Source: Octopus vulgaris
Taxonomy: Eukaryota
DNA: 64,000 nt
NCBI GenBank assembly: GCA_951406725.2
Contig: OX597831.1
Span: 5,456,001 to 5,520,000, forward strand
Reading direction: 5' to 3'
Shown here: one piece after another, positions 39,931 through 54,337 of the stretch
Numbering within the stretch: the stretch's first letter is position 1
Layout: every line of letters starts with the position of its first letter
The notes under the pieces: model-generated
Databases searched by the model: none
What the model was told of the DNA's origin: nothing
Seen by the model: only the letters and a program-made list of their open reading frames with translations
Made by a program: the position numbers and the translations under genes

Positions 39931-40545
39931 CATATACACATGAAGGTTTTCTTCCAGCTTCCCTCTGCGAAATCCACTCAGAAACCTCTGGTCTCAGCCT
40001 GGGTATAGAGCAGAAGAAACTTGCCCAAGGTGCCTCGCATTGGAACTGAACCTAAAATCACATAGCTGGGAACTAAACTTCCAAACCACACAGCCATGCC
40101 TTCACCTACACACACACACACACACACACACATGTATACATGTTTGCATATATATAAACTAGCACCCTGTTGACTATACCAATAAGTGTTCCAGTTGATC
40201 CGATTGATGGAACAGCCTGGTCATGAAATTAACATACAGGTGGCTGAGTACTCCACAGACCCACATACCCTTAGAGTAGTTCTCAAGGAGATTCGGCATG
40301 ACACAGAATGTCAAAAAGCTGGCCCTGTGAATTACAGGTATGATTCAATTTTGCCAGCTGAGTCAACTGGAATCACATAAATCAAGCGACTTGCTCAAGG
40401 CCACATGCATATGTGTGTATGCATGTATGTATGTACAGAGATTAATGGAGACTGCATGGGTATGGTCATGTGATGGAGAATAAGACAAAGAATTATTTAC
40501 ATTATTTACATTTGATGGATATTTGTCCTCATCTTGTTTGTTGTT

Positions 40546-40591
40546 AACACAACATTTTGACTGATATACCCTCCAGCCTTCTTCAGGTGTC
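40546..40591 (-). ncRNA. Decayed hammerhead motif in a Penelope-like fragment (~40495-40725)
   Basis: GACAC CTGAAGA A GGCTGG agggtata TCAGTC AAAA TGTT GTGTT: core and stems I and II recognisable, GAAAC mutated. Confidence 0.45.
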
Positions 40592-41158
40592 TTGGGGGAA
40601 ATTTCGAACCTGGGTTCTCATTCCTATGGTATTTTTCGATATTATTATTATTGTTATAGCTCAGGTCACTGCTTGCAATTGAACTCGGGATCTTGGGGTT
40701 AGTAGCCCACGCTCTTAACCATATGGGACTGAACCTAGAACCTAGAACCATGTGGAAGACAAAGAATTGTCAGTATACCCAAATAGAAAACCTTGGAAAA
40801 GCTGGACCTAAGCAGAAATGGTAAAAAACGATGCCAATCTGCTGAAACTAGCAAAAAAACAGATGACTAAAGAACTCAGTGAATAGCAGGCTGTTATGTT
40901 GGAAAGGACTCTCCCAACCCATGCAAGCATGAGAATGTAGATGTAAAATTGTCAATACATTGTTTAACATTCAATGGAAGGTATATGAAAATGTTTTCAG
41001 AGATAAACAAACGACTGTAACTTTAGATTTCAATTGTCAATGAAATAACGGACATTTATATACAACAGCTTTATAAATATATATTTTTAGATAATATATG
41101 CATATACAAATATACATAAACAAATATACATGTATACATACAGATATACAGACATTTA

Positions 41159-41214
<56 letters not shown>

Positions 41215-43984
41215 TATAAGTATACATGTGTATATATATATATATATACACACACATAGATATATACATACACACATATGTATACATACTCACACACATA
41301 TATACACATACAAACACATATACATACACATGCACACACACACACAAACGCATATACATACATACACATGTATACATATAGAAATGTTTACATATATATA
41401 TATGAAATGTTTACATATATATATATATATATATGTATGTACACACATGCACACAAATATATATATTTATATATATATATACTTACACACATACACAGCG
41501 GTATACATACATGTATGGTCATATACAAGAAGGTCAGAATTTACCTGATTTTCAACAAAATTGATTTCCAATTTACATGTTTTACAAGATTTTACTTTAA
41601 AAATTCCTGTCAATTCTAAACATTATTTTATTTATTTCTTTTTACCAAAACCTGACGAAATTTTCTGGATGTGTATCGGCATGCATTACGTGTATGGTTG
41701 TGTGTATGTATGCAAACACGCCTGCACACACATTAATACTTATATGTTCTTAGTATCAACAAGCAAGAAACATTAAAAAAAATGGACTCAATACATGGTG
41801 TAGTCAAATATTGCTATACTTTTAGAATGAGGGTCAATGACTGTGACTTCGAAGTCTTGTTAAAGCAGTTTATCAAATAGCGTTTCTAATACACGGAGGG
41901 ACTGGATGTATGGGTAAGAATGGGTCAGAAGTCAGTGAAAGAAGGTAAAAAAAAGGTGTGGGGCATTGTATTAAGATACAATGTCAGGGATTAATAAGAT
42001 GTTTCTAGTCGGACCACTGTTCTTTTCTACTCTAAGGCACAAGGCCCGAAATTTTGGGGGAGCGGGATCAGTCGATTAGATCGACCCCAGTATGCAACTG
42101 GTACTTAATTTATCAACCCTGAAAGGATGAAAGGCAAAGTCGACCTGGGCAGAATTTGAACTCAGAACGTAAAGACAGACGAACTACCTTTAAGCATTTT
42201 GCCCGGCATGCTAACGTAATGTTCATAATGGAAGAAGGCCTGAAGGGGAAAAAGTTTTTGTTCCTTTATTTGAAGTAGGGGGCTGCCTTAGAATATATAT
42301 TCTATTTATATGTAGAAGTGGCTGTATGGTAAGTAGCTTGCTTACTAACCACATGGTTCTAGGTTCAGTCTCACTGCATGGCACCTTAGGCAAGTGTCTT
42401 CTACTATAGCCTCAGGCCAACCAAAGCCTTGTGAGTGGATTTGGTAGACGGAAACTGAAAGAAGCCCATCGTACATAGGTAGATATTAAACGGCGGTGTA
42501 TCTGCATGGCCGCAGCTCTGAGCTGAAACTACAATATATATATATATATATATATTTTCTATTGCTCCGTTGATAGAATTATATAGTTAAAGAGCAACCC
42601 AAAACATGGTAGCACTGTTTTATGTTGAAATTGCCGTCTTTTTCAAGCTTACCAGAAACACAGCCATGCATATAGCCTTTCTGTGGTGTGCAGAATGGTT
42701 TTCTTCCAGGAATTTTTCTGAGATATGTATGTGTGTATATATGTGTGTATACGTGTGTGTGTGTATATGTTCATACATCTGTCTGTATGCATGTCTGCAT
42801 GTAAATATGCATATATATATGTATGTATTTTTGTATGTGTGTGTATAATCATATATAAGTGTATGTGTGTATATCTATACATCTGTATGCATGCATGTAA
42901 ATATGTGTATGCATGCATGCACAGATATATATATATACACACACACACATTCACATAGACAGACATATCGTTTCAGTCATTGGACTGTGGCCATGCTAGA
43001 GCACAACTTTCAAGGGTTCAGTTCAAACAAATCAAAACTGATACTTATTTTCTAAAGCCTGAATATATTCCATTAGTCTCTTCTGCCAAGTCACTAAGTT
43101 ACAGGGCTGTAAACAAACAAACAAACACTGGTTTTCAAGTTTTGATGGGGACAAACTCAACACACACACACACACACCATTGGACTTCTTTCAATTCCCA
43201 TCTACCAAATCCATCCACAAGGCATCAGTCAGACTGGAGCTATAGTAGAAGATCCTTGCCCAAGGTGCAACACTGTGAGACTGGTTTCCCAACCACATCG
43301 CCACGTCTGCACCTATAAGGACCACATGCCCCCTAAATATAAAGATCATATGCAGTTACTCTCCTTTTTGCACTGTTACAATCTACCTGTGGACCTAACT
43401 TTTGAAACCTTTACATATTTGACATTTTATTTGAAGTGGGGTTTTTTTATATGCATTTCCAGTACTTGAGAGAAAGAGAGAGAGAGAGAGAGAGAAAACA
43501 TGGGGTCCCAGATGGCAGAGAGAGGTATGGCCTTTTGTACATATGAGCTACCAGTGACTGTCAGAATAAATGGACCAAATGCTCATCCCTTCAGCAATGT
43601 GTAGTACCAAACAGCCACCTGGCCTAAAGTTACAGTTGAAATTATGGGAAGCAGTGTGATTGATGAGCAGAATTGATGAAAGACATCCACTGATCAGTTG
43701 TAATGCACTTATGATGCTGGACAGAGGAACCCCAGTGTGATCAATGACTAGGACCAGCAAGTACGTTACTGCTAGTGTCTACAAATCTAAGGACCAATGG
43801 ATGCTATTAGCCAACAGAAAATTTGAATGATTTTTATTAAAACCAGATCATCCTGTATCTGGTTATCCATGGACATTTCGTTATCCATGGACAACCAAAT
43901 CTGGTTATCCATGGACAATCAGATTTGAATGATTCCTATTAAAACCAGATCATCCTATAATATCTGCCCATGGACAACCAGGTG

Positions 43985-44540
43985 ACACAAAAAAGGTGCT
44001 GTTACCCCATTTTTGGGGGGTGGGGGGACTCAAAAGGGCCTATACTGGAAGACTACCTGCAAAAGGGGTTTATGATCAACAGTGCAAGATATAGTGCTTT
44101 GCTTGGCAACAAACTGAAGCCAGAAATTCGCACCAAACACCAAAGCCTATTGTCAAAGAAACTTTTGTTGTTGCATGATAATGCATGCCCACACATAGCT
44201 GCCCAGACCACTGAAACCATTAACCAAATGGGTTTTGAGGTGCTGGAACACCCTTCCTACAGCCCAGATCTCGCCCCTTCTGACTATCATATCTTTGGAC
44301 TGCTCAAAGACGGTTTATGAGGTCATCGATTTCCTACTGATGAAGATGTGAAGGAAATGGTGCATAAATGGTTGCATGACCAATGGCAAACCTTCTTCTT
44401 GGAGGGAATACACCAACCTGTGGACCACTGGACCAAATGATTCAAAAAGGAAGGAGACTATACAGAAAAATGATATACTTGTTTATCCAATGCTTTTGTG
44501 GAAATACATTGAAAAAAAACAAAAACAAGAGTGCATATAA
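43985..44540 (+). pseudogene. Mariner transposase remnant (catalytic region)
   Basis: LLLHDNACPH...LEHPSYSPDLAPSDYHIFGLLK motifs, in-frame stops, N-terminus missing. Confidence 0.9.
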
Positions 44541-44653
44541 TTTCTAACTCTCTCTAGTATATATATACATGAAAAACGAGAGAATATAACACCTTTCTTC
44601 TGTCCCTTTAATTTTCTTTGTTGTTTCTACTCAATCTAAGTTGGATTTATTAA

Positions 44654-45114
44654 CCTTTTTGTTACTGAGATGCTCTGTGTTTCTTTCAATTAATTTTAAA
44701 TATAACAAAGAATTTAGTAAAATAACTTAGTTACCATTCAGCTAGTTTTGGGAACATAAATGGATGACTAAGGTTTGGTGGAAGATTTTAATTCAAAACT
44801 TATGAAAACAAGAAATTTGTACTCAGAGCCTGAGGCGGTTTCAGCTGGGTTGTTATCTAAAGGGTTAAGAATTGTCTCTTTGTTATATATTTTAACCCTT
44901 TTACCATATTTCTGTTGAGATGTTCTGTGTTTCTTTCAATTAATTTTAAATATAACAAAGAATTTAGTAAAATAACTTAGTTATCATTCAGCTAGTGTTA
45001 GGAACATAAAATGTGACTAAGGCTTGGTGGAAGATTTTAATTGAAAACTTATGAAAACAAGACATTTGTAACACAGAGCCAGAGCTGGTTTCAGCCGGGT
45101 TGGTAATGAAAGGG
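44654..45114. mobile_element. Two adjacent piggyBac-like MITEs (44654-44864, 44896-45114)
   Basis: TTAA-CC(C)TTT ... AAAGGG-TTAA ends with near-identical interiors. Confidence 0.75.
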
Positions 45115-45416
45115 TTAATATAAATATCTCTATAGTTATACTTAAAAATTCATCATCTGAAAGGCCTCCACTTTTCGCTTTCTCTCGTTTTGCATATATA
45201 CATATTTTGTATTTCATACCCAAACTTATTTTGAATACAGTTAATTTGTTTATCTGCATAATTGCTTCTATATCTGCTCAGCTTCATCCCTCTTATAGCT
45301 ATTCTTTATCCTGTGGAATTAATCTCCTGTAACGACATTGGTGTTTAAGCCTAAACCATTTGAGTACTACTGTCTTCTATATAGAGAATCTCCGGATCTC
45401 GTCTGTTACTGTATAC

Positions 45417-45616
45417 TCTTTTACATGTTTCAGTCATTTGACTGTGGCCATGCTGGAGCACCGCCTTTAGTCGAGCAAATCGACCCCCAGGACTTATTCT
45501 TTGTAAGCCTAGTACTTATTCTATCGGTCACTTTTGCCAAACTGCTAAGTTACAGGGAAGGAAACACACCAGCATTGGTTGTCAAGCATTGTTGGAGGCA
45601 CAAACGCACACACACG

Positions 45617-45663
<47 letters not shown>

Positions 45664-45850
45664 AAGCCCATCATATATATATATGCGACGGGCTTCTTTC
45701 AGTTTCCATCTACCAAATCCATTCACAAGGCTTTGGTCGGCCCGAGGCTATAGTAGAAGACACTTGCCCAAGGTGCCATGTAGTGGAATTGAACCCAGAA
45801 CCATGTGGTTCATAAGCAAACTACTTACCACACAGCCACTCCTACACCTA
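45417..45850 (-). mobile_element. SINE family B, full length
   Basis: Reverse complement of the family B consensus. Confidence 0.85.
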
Positions 45851-47039
45851 TATATATATATATAGGTTTGACTATAAATACACATACACATATATGATGG
45901 ACTTCTTTCAGTTTCTGTCCACCAAATCCATTCACAACATTTTGGTTGGATGCAGATTACAGTAAAAGACATTTGCCCAACGTGCCACACAATGGAACTG
46001 AACCTCAAATTCCACCTCCTGTCCTACAATTAATGGTTTACACTTATTAATGAAATAATTTGCCAAAAATACATCAGATTGGTGAAACTAGGATTTAAGA
46101 TATTGCAGCTAGAATTTGAAACCCAAACTCTCAAACACACGCAACAAATTTGTCTGCTCTCATCAATAAGCTGCAGGAAGACTACATCTCAGTCAGGACT
46201 AATATCGAATGCCAAGTCCCGTGGGACTCTAGGACTAATTACTGAAGAGTGTAATTAACTGAAGAGTGCCGCTTATTTCAAGTTAACCAAACATTCCAGG
46301 ACAAACTATTCACCAAGATATTTCTTCAACTTATAAAACTGAACAAAGAAGGCAAAATGGATTTGATGATGTGTGCAGCTAATTATTTTCATTTTAGCTT
46401 CCAAATTGAGTGATTTCTTCAATTCCTTGATTGAGTCATTGATAATATTTTCTCTGGTATGACATCTTTGGAAGAGAGTAGACCAGGAGATATGAAGAGG
46501 TATATTTGGGAGATGAGATTGGAAGCATAACTGAGAAGGCCCAATACTGCCATTGCTGGGACCTACAAACCTCTCGTGTGTATGTCTGTGCATATGTTTG
46601 TATTTAGTTCACAGATGAGATCTGAATGTTCTCAGTATAGAATACAGTTAGAAGTGCTCATTGTTTGTGTATGTGTGAGTATGTGTGTAAATTTTACAGA
46701 CACATGAAATTACATATGTTCTGTGAATGGGTTTAAATAAATGGAATAGAAGCATTATAAGACATTTTAATGTTACCTTGGATTAGATTATTGTTATTAT
46801 CGGCTTCCATACTTACAAGAACCTTTAATTTCACTGCCATCTCCACCACTAACACCACCACCACCACCACTTCGAATAACCCCAAACCTTAATTCGGAAA
46901 CTGAAGTGCCATCTGTATCTCAAGCAGTCATTGAAATCAAATTGATCATAATCTAATAAGATTACCTAGCCCTGTCACAACAACAACAACAACAATAGTG
47001 GTGGTGGTGGCGGTAGTAGTAGTAGTAGTGGTGGTGGCG

Positions 47040-47075
<36 letters not shown>

Positions 47076-48156
47076 ATGGTGGTGGTGGTGGTGGTATAGT
47101 TGTGGCAGTAGCAACTTTATGAAGTCTACAGAGACTTCATGCAAGACCAATTGTCTGCTACAAGACAGAGATTATAAATGGCATAATAACACAAGTGTGT
47201 GATGCTATTCCACTCACACAGCCTCTCCTAATGTCTGTGTCCACCACCACCATGACCGAAATTATCACTGCACTTTCTGACCAAAAGCGCACACCACCAG
47301 ACTGCCAACAATGGTCATTAGGAAAAAGAAAAACAAAAATTCTTTAACCTTTAAGCATTCAAATTATTCCATCAAATGCAGAACTTATTTATTCACATCG
47401 TTTTGAATTTATTCTGCATTATCTTGTGGCCGTGAGATTTTAATTAAGTGACTGTATATTTTTTTTTTTTAGACTAACATTGTAAGGTAGGTGTGAGAGG
47501 CTGGATCTGGCCATTTTGAACACAAAACAGGTAGAATATTTTGGTCAGATATGGGGATGGGAGGGGGGGGGGTTAAATTTTAAAGGGCCAAAAGTAATTT
47601 TAATCTTGCTGACAATATGTCACTTCAAAGAAGGGAACTGGTGCTTGGGCCATAAAGGCCATAAAGCCTAGGGCTTGTTTGTTAACAATAAAATTGTAAA
47701 TAAACGCACCTGTGTGGTGAAGAAGTTTGCCTCCCAACCATAGGATTTCAGTTTCAGTCCCACTACATGGCACACTAGGTGTCTTCTATAACCCAGGGTT
47801 GACCAAAGCCTTATAAGGGGATTTTGTAGATGAAGCTGAAACAAAAAGCCTGCCTGCCTGCCTGCTTCACCCACCTACCTGTGTGTCTTTGTGTTTGTCA
47901 CCCCCACCACTGCAGGATAATCAGAATTGATTTATGTCCACATAACCTAGCAGTCCAATAAGAAGAGACCAATAAAATAATTACCAGGCTTTAAAAAGAC
48001 AAAGAAATACCGGAGTTAATTAGTTTGATTAAATCCTTTGAGAGTGTTGCTCCAGCATGGCTGCAGTCCAACAAGTGAAACAAGTAAAAGCTAAAAATAT
48101 GCAAACAAACAGAGCCTGAAAAATTACTTTAAGATACAGGGTATATTTTATAAATA

Positions 48157-48570
48157 GGCGCAGGAGTGGCTGTGTGGTAAGTAGCTTGCTAACCAACCAC
48201 ATGGTTCCGGGTTCAGTCCCACTGCATGGCACCTTGGGCAAGTGTCTTCTGCTATAGCCTCGGGCCGACCAAAGCCTTGTGAGTGGATTTGGTAGACGGA
48301 AACTGAAAGAAGCCCGTCGTATATATGTATATATATGTATATATGTGTGTGTGCGTGTATGTTTGTGTTTGTCCCCCTAGCATTGCTTGACAACCGATGC
48401 TGGTGTGTTTATGTCCCCGTCCCCCGTCACTTAGCGGTTCGGCAAAAGAGACCGATAGAATAAGTACTGGGCTTACAAAGAATAAGTCCCGGGGTCGAAT
48501 TGCTCGATTAAAGGCGGTGCTCCAGCATGGCCGCAGTCAAATGACTGAAACAAGTAAAAGTGTAAAGAGT
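48157..48570 (+). mobile_element. SINE family B, full length, little diverged
   Basis: Matches 13563-14006. Confidence 0.9.
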
Positions 48571-49129
48571 ATGCCTGCTTAAGTATCATACAAGCATGAA
48601 ACTATTAGTAGATCTTTCAGTTGTGTATTTAATTCATTATAATGAAAAGCTTACTTTCAAAACCAGATCTATGCATCAGAATGACTTGAGTAATTGTTTA
48701 AAACAACTTGAATACATCTGATTTTGATTGGAAGACTAAGATTTGCCAACTGTCTTACGTGGCATCTGTCCCAGTTTGACTGGGAAAAATATTTCATGTG
48801 CGTGAAGCCAGCAGCTTGCAGCAGATTGTGTTTTAATGGTTATCATGAAACTGACCAAATATGCACTTACACCAATTTTGAAAGTAAGCTCCTCGTGTGT
48901 GTGTGTACATAGAGACATAACAGGTGGGCTAGAAGCTTACTTTCCAACCATGTGGTCTCATTTCAGCCCCACTACATCTTGAGCACCTTGAGCAAGTGTC
49001 TTCTATAGCTCCCGGCCAATAAAGCCTTGTAAGCAGATTTGGTAGGAAAGAAGCATGTTATATACACTGTACATATATGTATGTACATGTATGTATATGT
49101 TAGTCTTATACATGTGTGTGTGTATACAT

Positions 49130-49536
49130 GTGGCCAATGCCAGTGCCTGCTGACTGGCTCCCATGCTGGTGACACATAAAAAGCGCTATTCGAACATGAT
49201 CGATGCCAGGGCTGCCTGACTGGCTCCTCATGCTGGTGGCACATAAACAGCTCCATCTGAACGTGTCCAGTACCAATGCCCCCTGACTGGCTTCTGTGCC
49301 GGTGGCACATAAAAAACACTATCCAAATGTGATTGATGTCAGGCTCGTCTAACTGGCTCCTGAGCCTTTGGCACATAAAAAGCACCCACTACACTCCCAA
49401 AGTGGTTGGTGTTAGGAATGGTATCCAGCTGTAGAAACCTTGCCAGATCAGATTGGAGCCTGGTGCAGCCGTTGGCTCTCCGGACCTCAGTCAAGCTGTC
49501 CAACTCATGCCAGCATAGAAAACAGACATTAAACAA

Positions 49537-49540
<4 letters not shown>
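49130..49540 (+). mobile_element. Retroposon tail with about four internal ~70-bp tandem units
   Basis: Repeated actggctcc...ggtggcacataaaaagca units. Tail shared with 24995-25135 (minus) and 27190-27345. Confidence 0.6.
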
Positions 49541-49584
<44 letters not shown>

Positions 49585-49952
49585 TGTTTCAGTCATTATA
49601 CTGCGCCCATGCTGGGGCACTGCCCTGAAGAACTTTGAGTCAAATGAATTGACTTGTGTGTGTTTGTGCTTAGAAGCGGACACCTACCTTTAGACATGAG
49701 ATGATTAATTAAAGTTCAGCAAACAGAAAGGCAACAAAACACACATCTTTTACACACTGCTCCTCTTGCTTCATACAGGAATTATATTTTCATCTTGTTG
49801 ATGCTACCTAGTTACAGCTGGGAAAGGAATGGGTGAAGCAGGATTAAGGTGTCATTAGCAGAGACACAAAGCTGTGCTTGTACTGACATACAAAAAGTCC
49901 AGTCCAGACCAGCCTTTATTTCTTTAGGGTCAGCCAGCTCTCACTCTGGAGT

Positions 49953-49983
<31 letters not shown>

Positions 49984-51337
49984 TACATTAAAATGCTATT
50001 CAACAATGGTTTAAAAGATGCAGAGAAAAGATGGGAGTTTGAGGGAAGGTTATAAACAAAATAGATTCAACTCAGCAGAAAGGATGGGTAAGATGGGACA
50101 AAAGGTGAATCGCTTATTTTCTTCTAATTAAAGAGAAATACAATTAGCTCTAACACCATGATGGAGAGTTAGGAATTTGTCTTTTTTTTTCACAAGGTCA
50201 ATACCTAGGGGGTCTACTCTTTCTGTCGTTGGGTGCACATCTTACCTCTAATTGCTTACAACGACAGGCTCGTCTTTTAGAGCTACATAAAACAAAACAA
50301 TACTCTTTTAAGTATTACAAAATGACAGGGTGGGGACAACAAATATAACAGCAACAATTTCCCTAACATCCATCACACCTTTTCAATATCACACACACAC
50401 ACACACACACACACATGCACACACATGACAGCTTTCATATTAACTCTTATTTTCATTTCGTTTTTGGATTTGGTTTGCAAGATTCTTTATATGAGTTTGT
50501 GTGTTGGCGCGAAAAGAAAATGACTCTCCCCAGACACAACAGAATCTTATATTTTCATATTAACCTTATATTATCAATACCTATGGACAAATCATTTGTT
50601 GTTCCTTTTAAGTTAATTGGAGGGTAACAAGTGTATTTCATATAGAAAATAAAATTCTGTGTGTGTGTGTGTGATTCAAATATCAATAATTCTGCAACAG
50701 CCTCCAAGAATTGACCTTTTTGATACCAACCTACCTGGAACTGTCCCTGGTTCTAGGACATATAGGCTTCCTGTTTTAAATTGTCTAAATTCAAACCAGC
50801 TATTCTAAACGTAAGTTATGTTACTAAATTCTTTATTATTTTCAAAATGTATGGAAACAAAGACAGTGCATTTGAACAGAAATTAGGTAACGAAAAAGGG
50901 TAAAGTTGCTAGCAGTAAAGTTGAGACAGTGTCATGTGACAATTTGCTGGGGCTGCCTGCTGGAGCCTAGAGGCAGGTATTTACAGGGAAAAACTTTGAC
51001 AAGACAGTCAGTCGCCCGCTGACACTCGTTGACACTACATCGAAGAGGCCAGGGAACAGAAGAAAGAAGAAGGAGACATGCACCCAACACCAGAGCTGAA
51101 GACACCCCCGAAAGGGGGGGGGCACCACGTCAAAACAGTAGAGGAGTAGAGGCTGAAACCGGAAGACGTGGTTCCTCCTGATGATGTCTTGAGCTAACTG
51201 GATCCTATAAAGGAGCTGTTGTGGTAGCAGACCATAAACACAATTGAAATTCCTTCCTTGTTGTTCAAAGACAAAGAATCTTTAGATCTTGTCCAAGACT
51301 TCAACTTCTCATAGGAACACACTATTTGAAGTATTAA

Positions 51338-51538
51338 CCCTTTCATTTCAATGTTTCTGTTGAAGTGCAGTCTTTGTTTCAATAAATTTCGAAAATGGTC
51401 AATTTAGTAAAATAACTCAATCGTTATTAAGATGGTGCTTGGGAACACAAATTAAGGGGAAACTTTGATGGACGGGTCAATTCACATTATGTAGGAGCAA
51501 GAAGTTTTTAACTATCAGGCAGATAGGCATCAAAAGGG
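51338..51538. mobile_element. piggyBac-like MITE (same family as 44896-45114)
   Basis: ttaa-ccctttc ... aaaaggg-ttaa. Confidence 0.7.
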
Positions 51539-51865
51539 TTAAGAATGCTTAACAATCTGTATGTAATAGTGAAAGGACCAGGGTGTAAATGGAATAAGGT
51601 CCAAACACTACAAAAAAAAAACAATTTTGGAAGATGGAGGTAAGCTATAAAGATGTAACACAATGTATTGCCAGACAATGTGACTATTCCGAAGGATGTT
51701 AAATCTTTGGTAAATGTTATTTATTATTCAGCATAACTAGTCTGGTGAACTTTTTGATACAGCCTGTATAGACCCAACTCTGCATGTAGACCCCAGGGTG
51801 GTTGCTTTTTGAAACATTTGTTTGGAAAAACAAAACCCACATCTTATATACCATCAAATACAGAA

Positions 51866-51904
<39 letters not shown>

Positions 51905-52010
51905 AATTTAAAAATAGGATAAAATCTTTTTATGAATTTATCAAGTAGCTAGCATGAAAAACCTCATAAGAGAAAAATCCACCAATTTTTTTCTCTTAAA
52001 TATATTTATT

Positions 52011-52480
52011 TATATTATATAGAGGATATTACTATACATAAATGCCACACACTAGGAGGGACTCTTAAAGTCAAAACTACCAAACTATATATTTTGGTAT
52101 TTTTGACTTTAAGAGTCCCTCTTAGCGTGTGGCATTTATGTATAGTAATGCCCTCTATATAATATATATATATATGGGGAAAGTAAGAAGGAAAAATGCA
52201 CATTGAATATCAAAAAAAGAAAGGCTTTTTTATGAAAAGTAGCGATAAATACAATTAGATGAACTGAGGTAGAATTAAGAGGAATAAAAGTCATTATTTT
52301 GAATTGTTAAAGAGATTCAAAGTCAAACTGGTATCATCAAAATAATGAATTTAATTCCTCTTAATTCTACCTCAGTTCATCTAATTGTATTTATTTATCA
52401 CTACTTTTCGTAAAAAAGCCATTATTTTTTTTTATTTCCAATGTGCATTTTCGCTTTTTTTCTTCTTACTTTCCCCATAT
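52011..52480. repeat. Two adjacent long inverted repeats (52011-52166 and 52173-52480)
   Basis: agggactcttaaagtcaaaa / ttttgactttaagagtccct and atacaattagatgaactgaggtagaattaagaggaat / attcctcttaattctacctcagttcatctaattgtat. Confidence 0.88.
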
Positions 52481-52527
52481 CTTTTCCACGTGTAGTTTCT
52501 ATTTTTTTTTTTTAAACATATTTCTAT

Positions 52528-52583
<56 letters not shown>

Positions 52584-53968
52584 CAGGAGTGGCTGTGTGG
52601 TAAATCTTTCGCCTTTTACTAAAGTAGCTTGCTTATCAACCACATGGTTCCAGGTTCAGTCCTACTGCATGGCACTTTGGGCAAGTGTCTCCTACTATAG
52701 CCTCAGGTCAACCAAAGCCTTGTGGGAGAATTTAGTAGATGGAAACTAAAAGAAGCCTGTCGTGTGTGTGTATATATATATATATATATAATGGGTGTAT
52801 GTGTTTGTCCGTCATCATCGCTTGACAACCAATGTTGGTGTGTTTACGTCCCCGTATTCTCCTTTTTGGATAATTTGAGATGTAGGGTATACCTTTATAA
52901 TAAATATAAAATTGAGCCTGGCAAGAAATGAAGTGGTTAAACTGTAGATTTGACCATCTCTGGGGTCAGGGCCATTTTAGCAGCATTATAGGCTTTTCAG
53001 CAAACCAATGCACTGGGACCCAAGTAAGTCACAGTATACATAGATCAGAGTTGGGTCCCTAAACCAGTGAGACTCTCAAGGTAGCTGTGCTCATACTTAA
53101 GACAGCACTGCTTGGGAAAAAAAATGGAAACAAATGGACAAGTTTCTAATCTTGTTAGAACTTTGCCTGGAAAAGAATATCTTGTATCCAGAGAGACCGT
53201 TTTGGGCTTCTAGTGATATTTATAGCATATATAAACTTGTACAGAATGAAACTGGTTTGTCTGATTTGCATAACATAATGCATTCAGCATTACAGGGACA
53301 CTGGAGATGAAGACAACTGGTAATATCTATGAACACTAAGACCTAGATACCATATAAAACTGGGTAAATGACAGTACCAAAATATGCTACAATGTCCCAA
53401 AGTCCGACTCGTACTTGACTTACATTTGGCACATCTGGGGATAGCTGTGTCAGGTTTATGTGTCTCTAAACATATTCATGTTGTGTCATGTTTTTCAGGA
53501 TCAATAAAATATAGTACCAGTAAAATACTGGGATCAATGCAATAATGGCCTCCACCCACCCCCTCAGAATTTCTGGCTTTGTCTTTAAATCAGAAATAAT
53601 TAATAGTTCAAATGATGAATAGGTCAACTCAAGACTTAACTATAAATGTGTGTGTGTGTGTGTATAATCATTTAATATACACAGGATTTAAATGAAAGCT
53701 ACCATAAGTTTCATGCTTTTGATAATAGGATATTCAGTGGAGCTTGTATGGCATTGCATGTATTATCAGGGAATCGTTCAGTCTGGTTCTATTTTGAGTC
53801 TGAATGATTGCTCAATAATACACATCATGCTATACAAGATTGTCCAGCTATTGTATTATCAGAGGCATGAAACTTATTGTAGCTCACATTTAAGATCTGT
53901 GCATATTAAATGATATTAATTTTTCACTAGATGGAGTACTTGTTTATATATATATGTATACATATATA

Positions 53969-54002
<34 letters not shown>

Positions 54003-54004
<2 letters not shown>

Positions 54005-54337
54005 GGCACATGACTCAGTGGTTAGAGTGTCGAGCTTATGATCGTGAGGTTGTGAGTTCGGATCCCGGACCAGGCTGCGTGTTGTGTTCTTGAGCAAGAC
54101 TCTTTATTTCACGTTGCCCCAGTTCACTCAGCTGTAGAAATGAGTTGCGACGTCACTGGTGCCAAGCTGTATCGGCCCCTTTGCCTTTCTCTTGGATAAC
54201 ACTGGTGGCATGGAGAGGGGAGACCAGAATGCATGGGCGACTTCTGGTCTTCCATAAACTATCTTGACCGGACTTGTGCCTGGGAGGGTAACTTTCTAAG
54301 TGCAATCCCATGGTCATTCATGACCGAAGGGGTCTCA
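54003..54337 (+). mobile_element. SINE family C, full length
   Basis: tRNA-like head ggcacatgactcagtggttagagt...gagttcggatccc, then ttgagcaagac...ttcactcagctg. Confidence 0.8.

Noticed and set aside
43820-43980. Local duplications around ttatccatggac
   Set aside because: Short slippage or repair scar at the edge of the mariner remnant, with no further structure.
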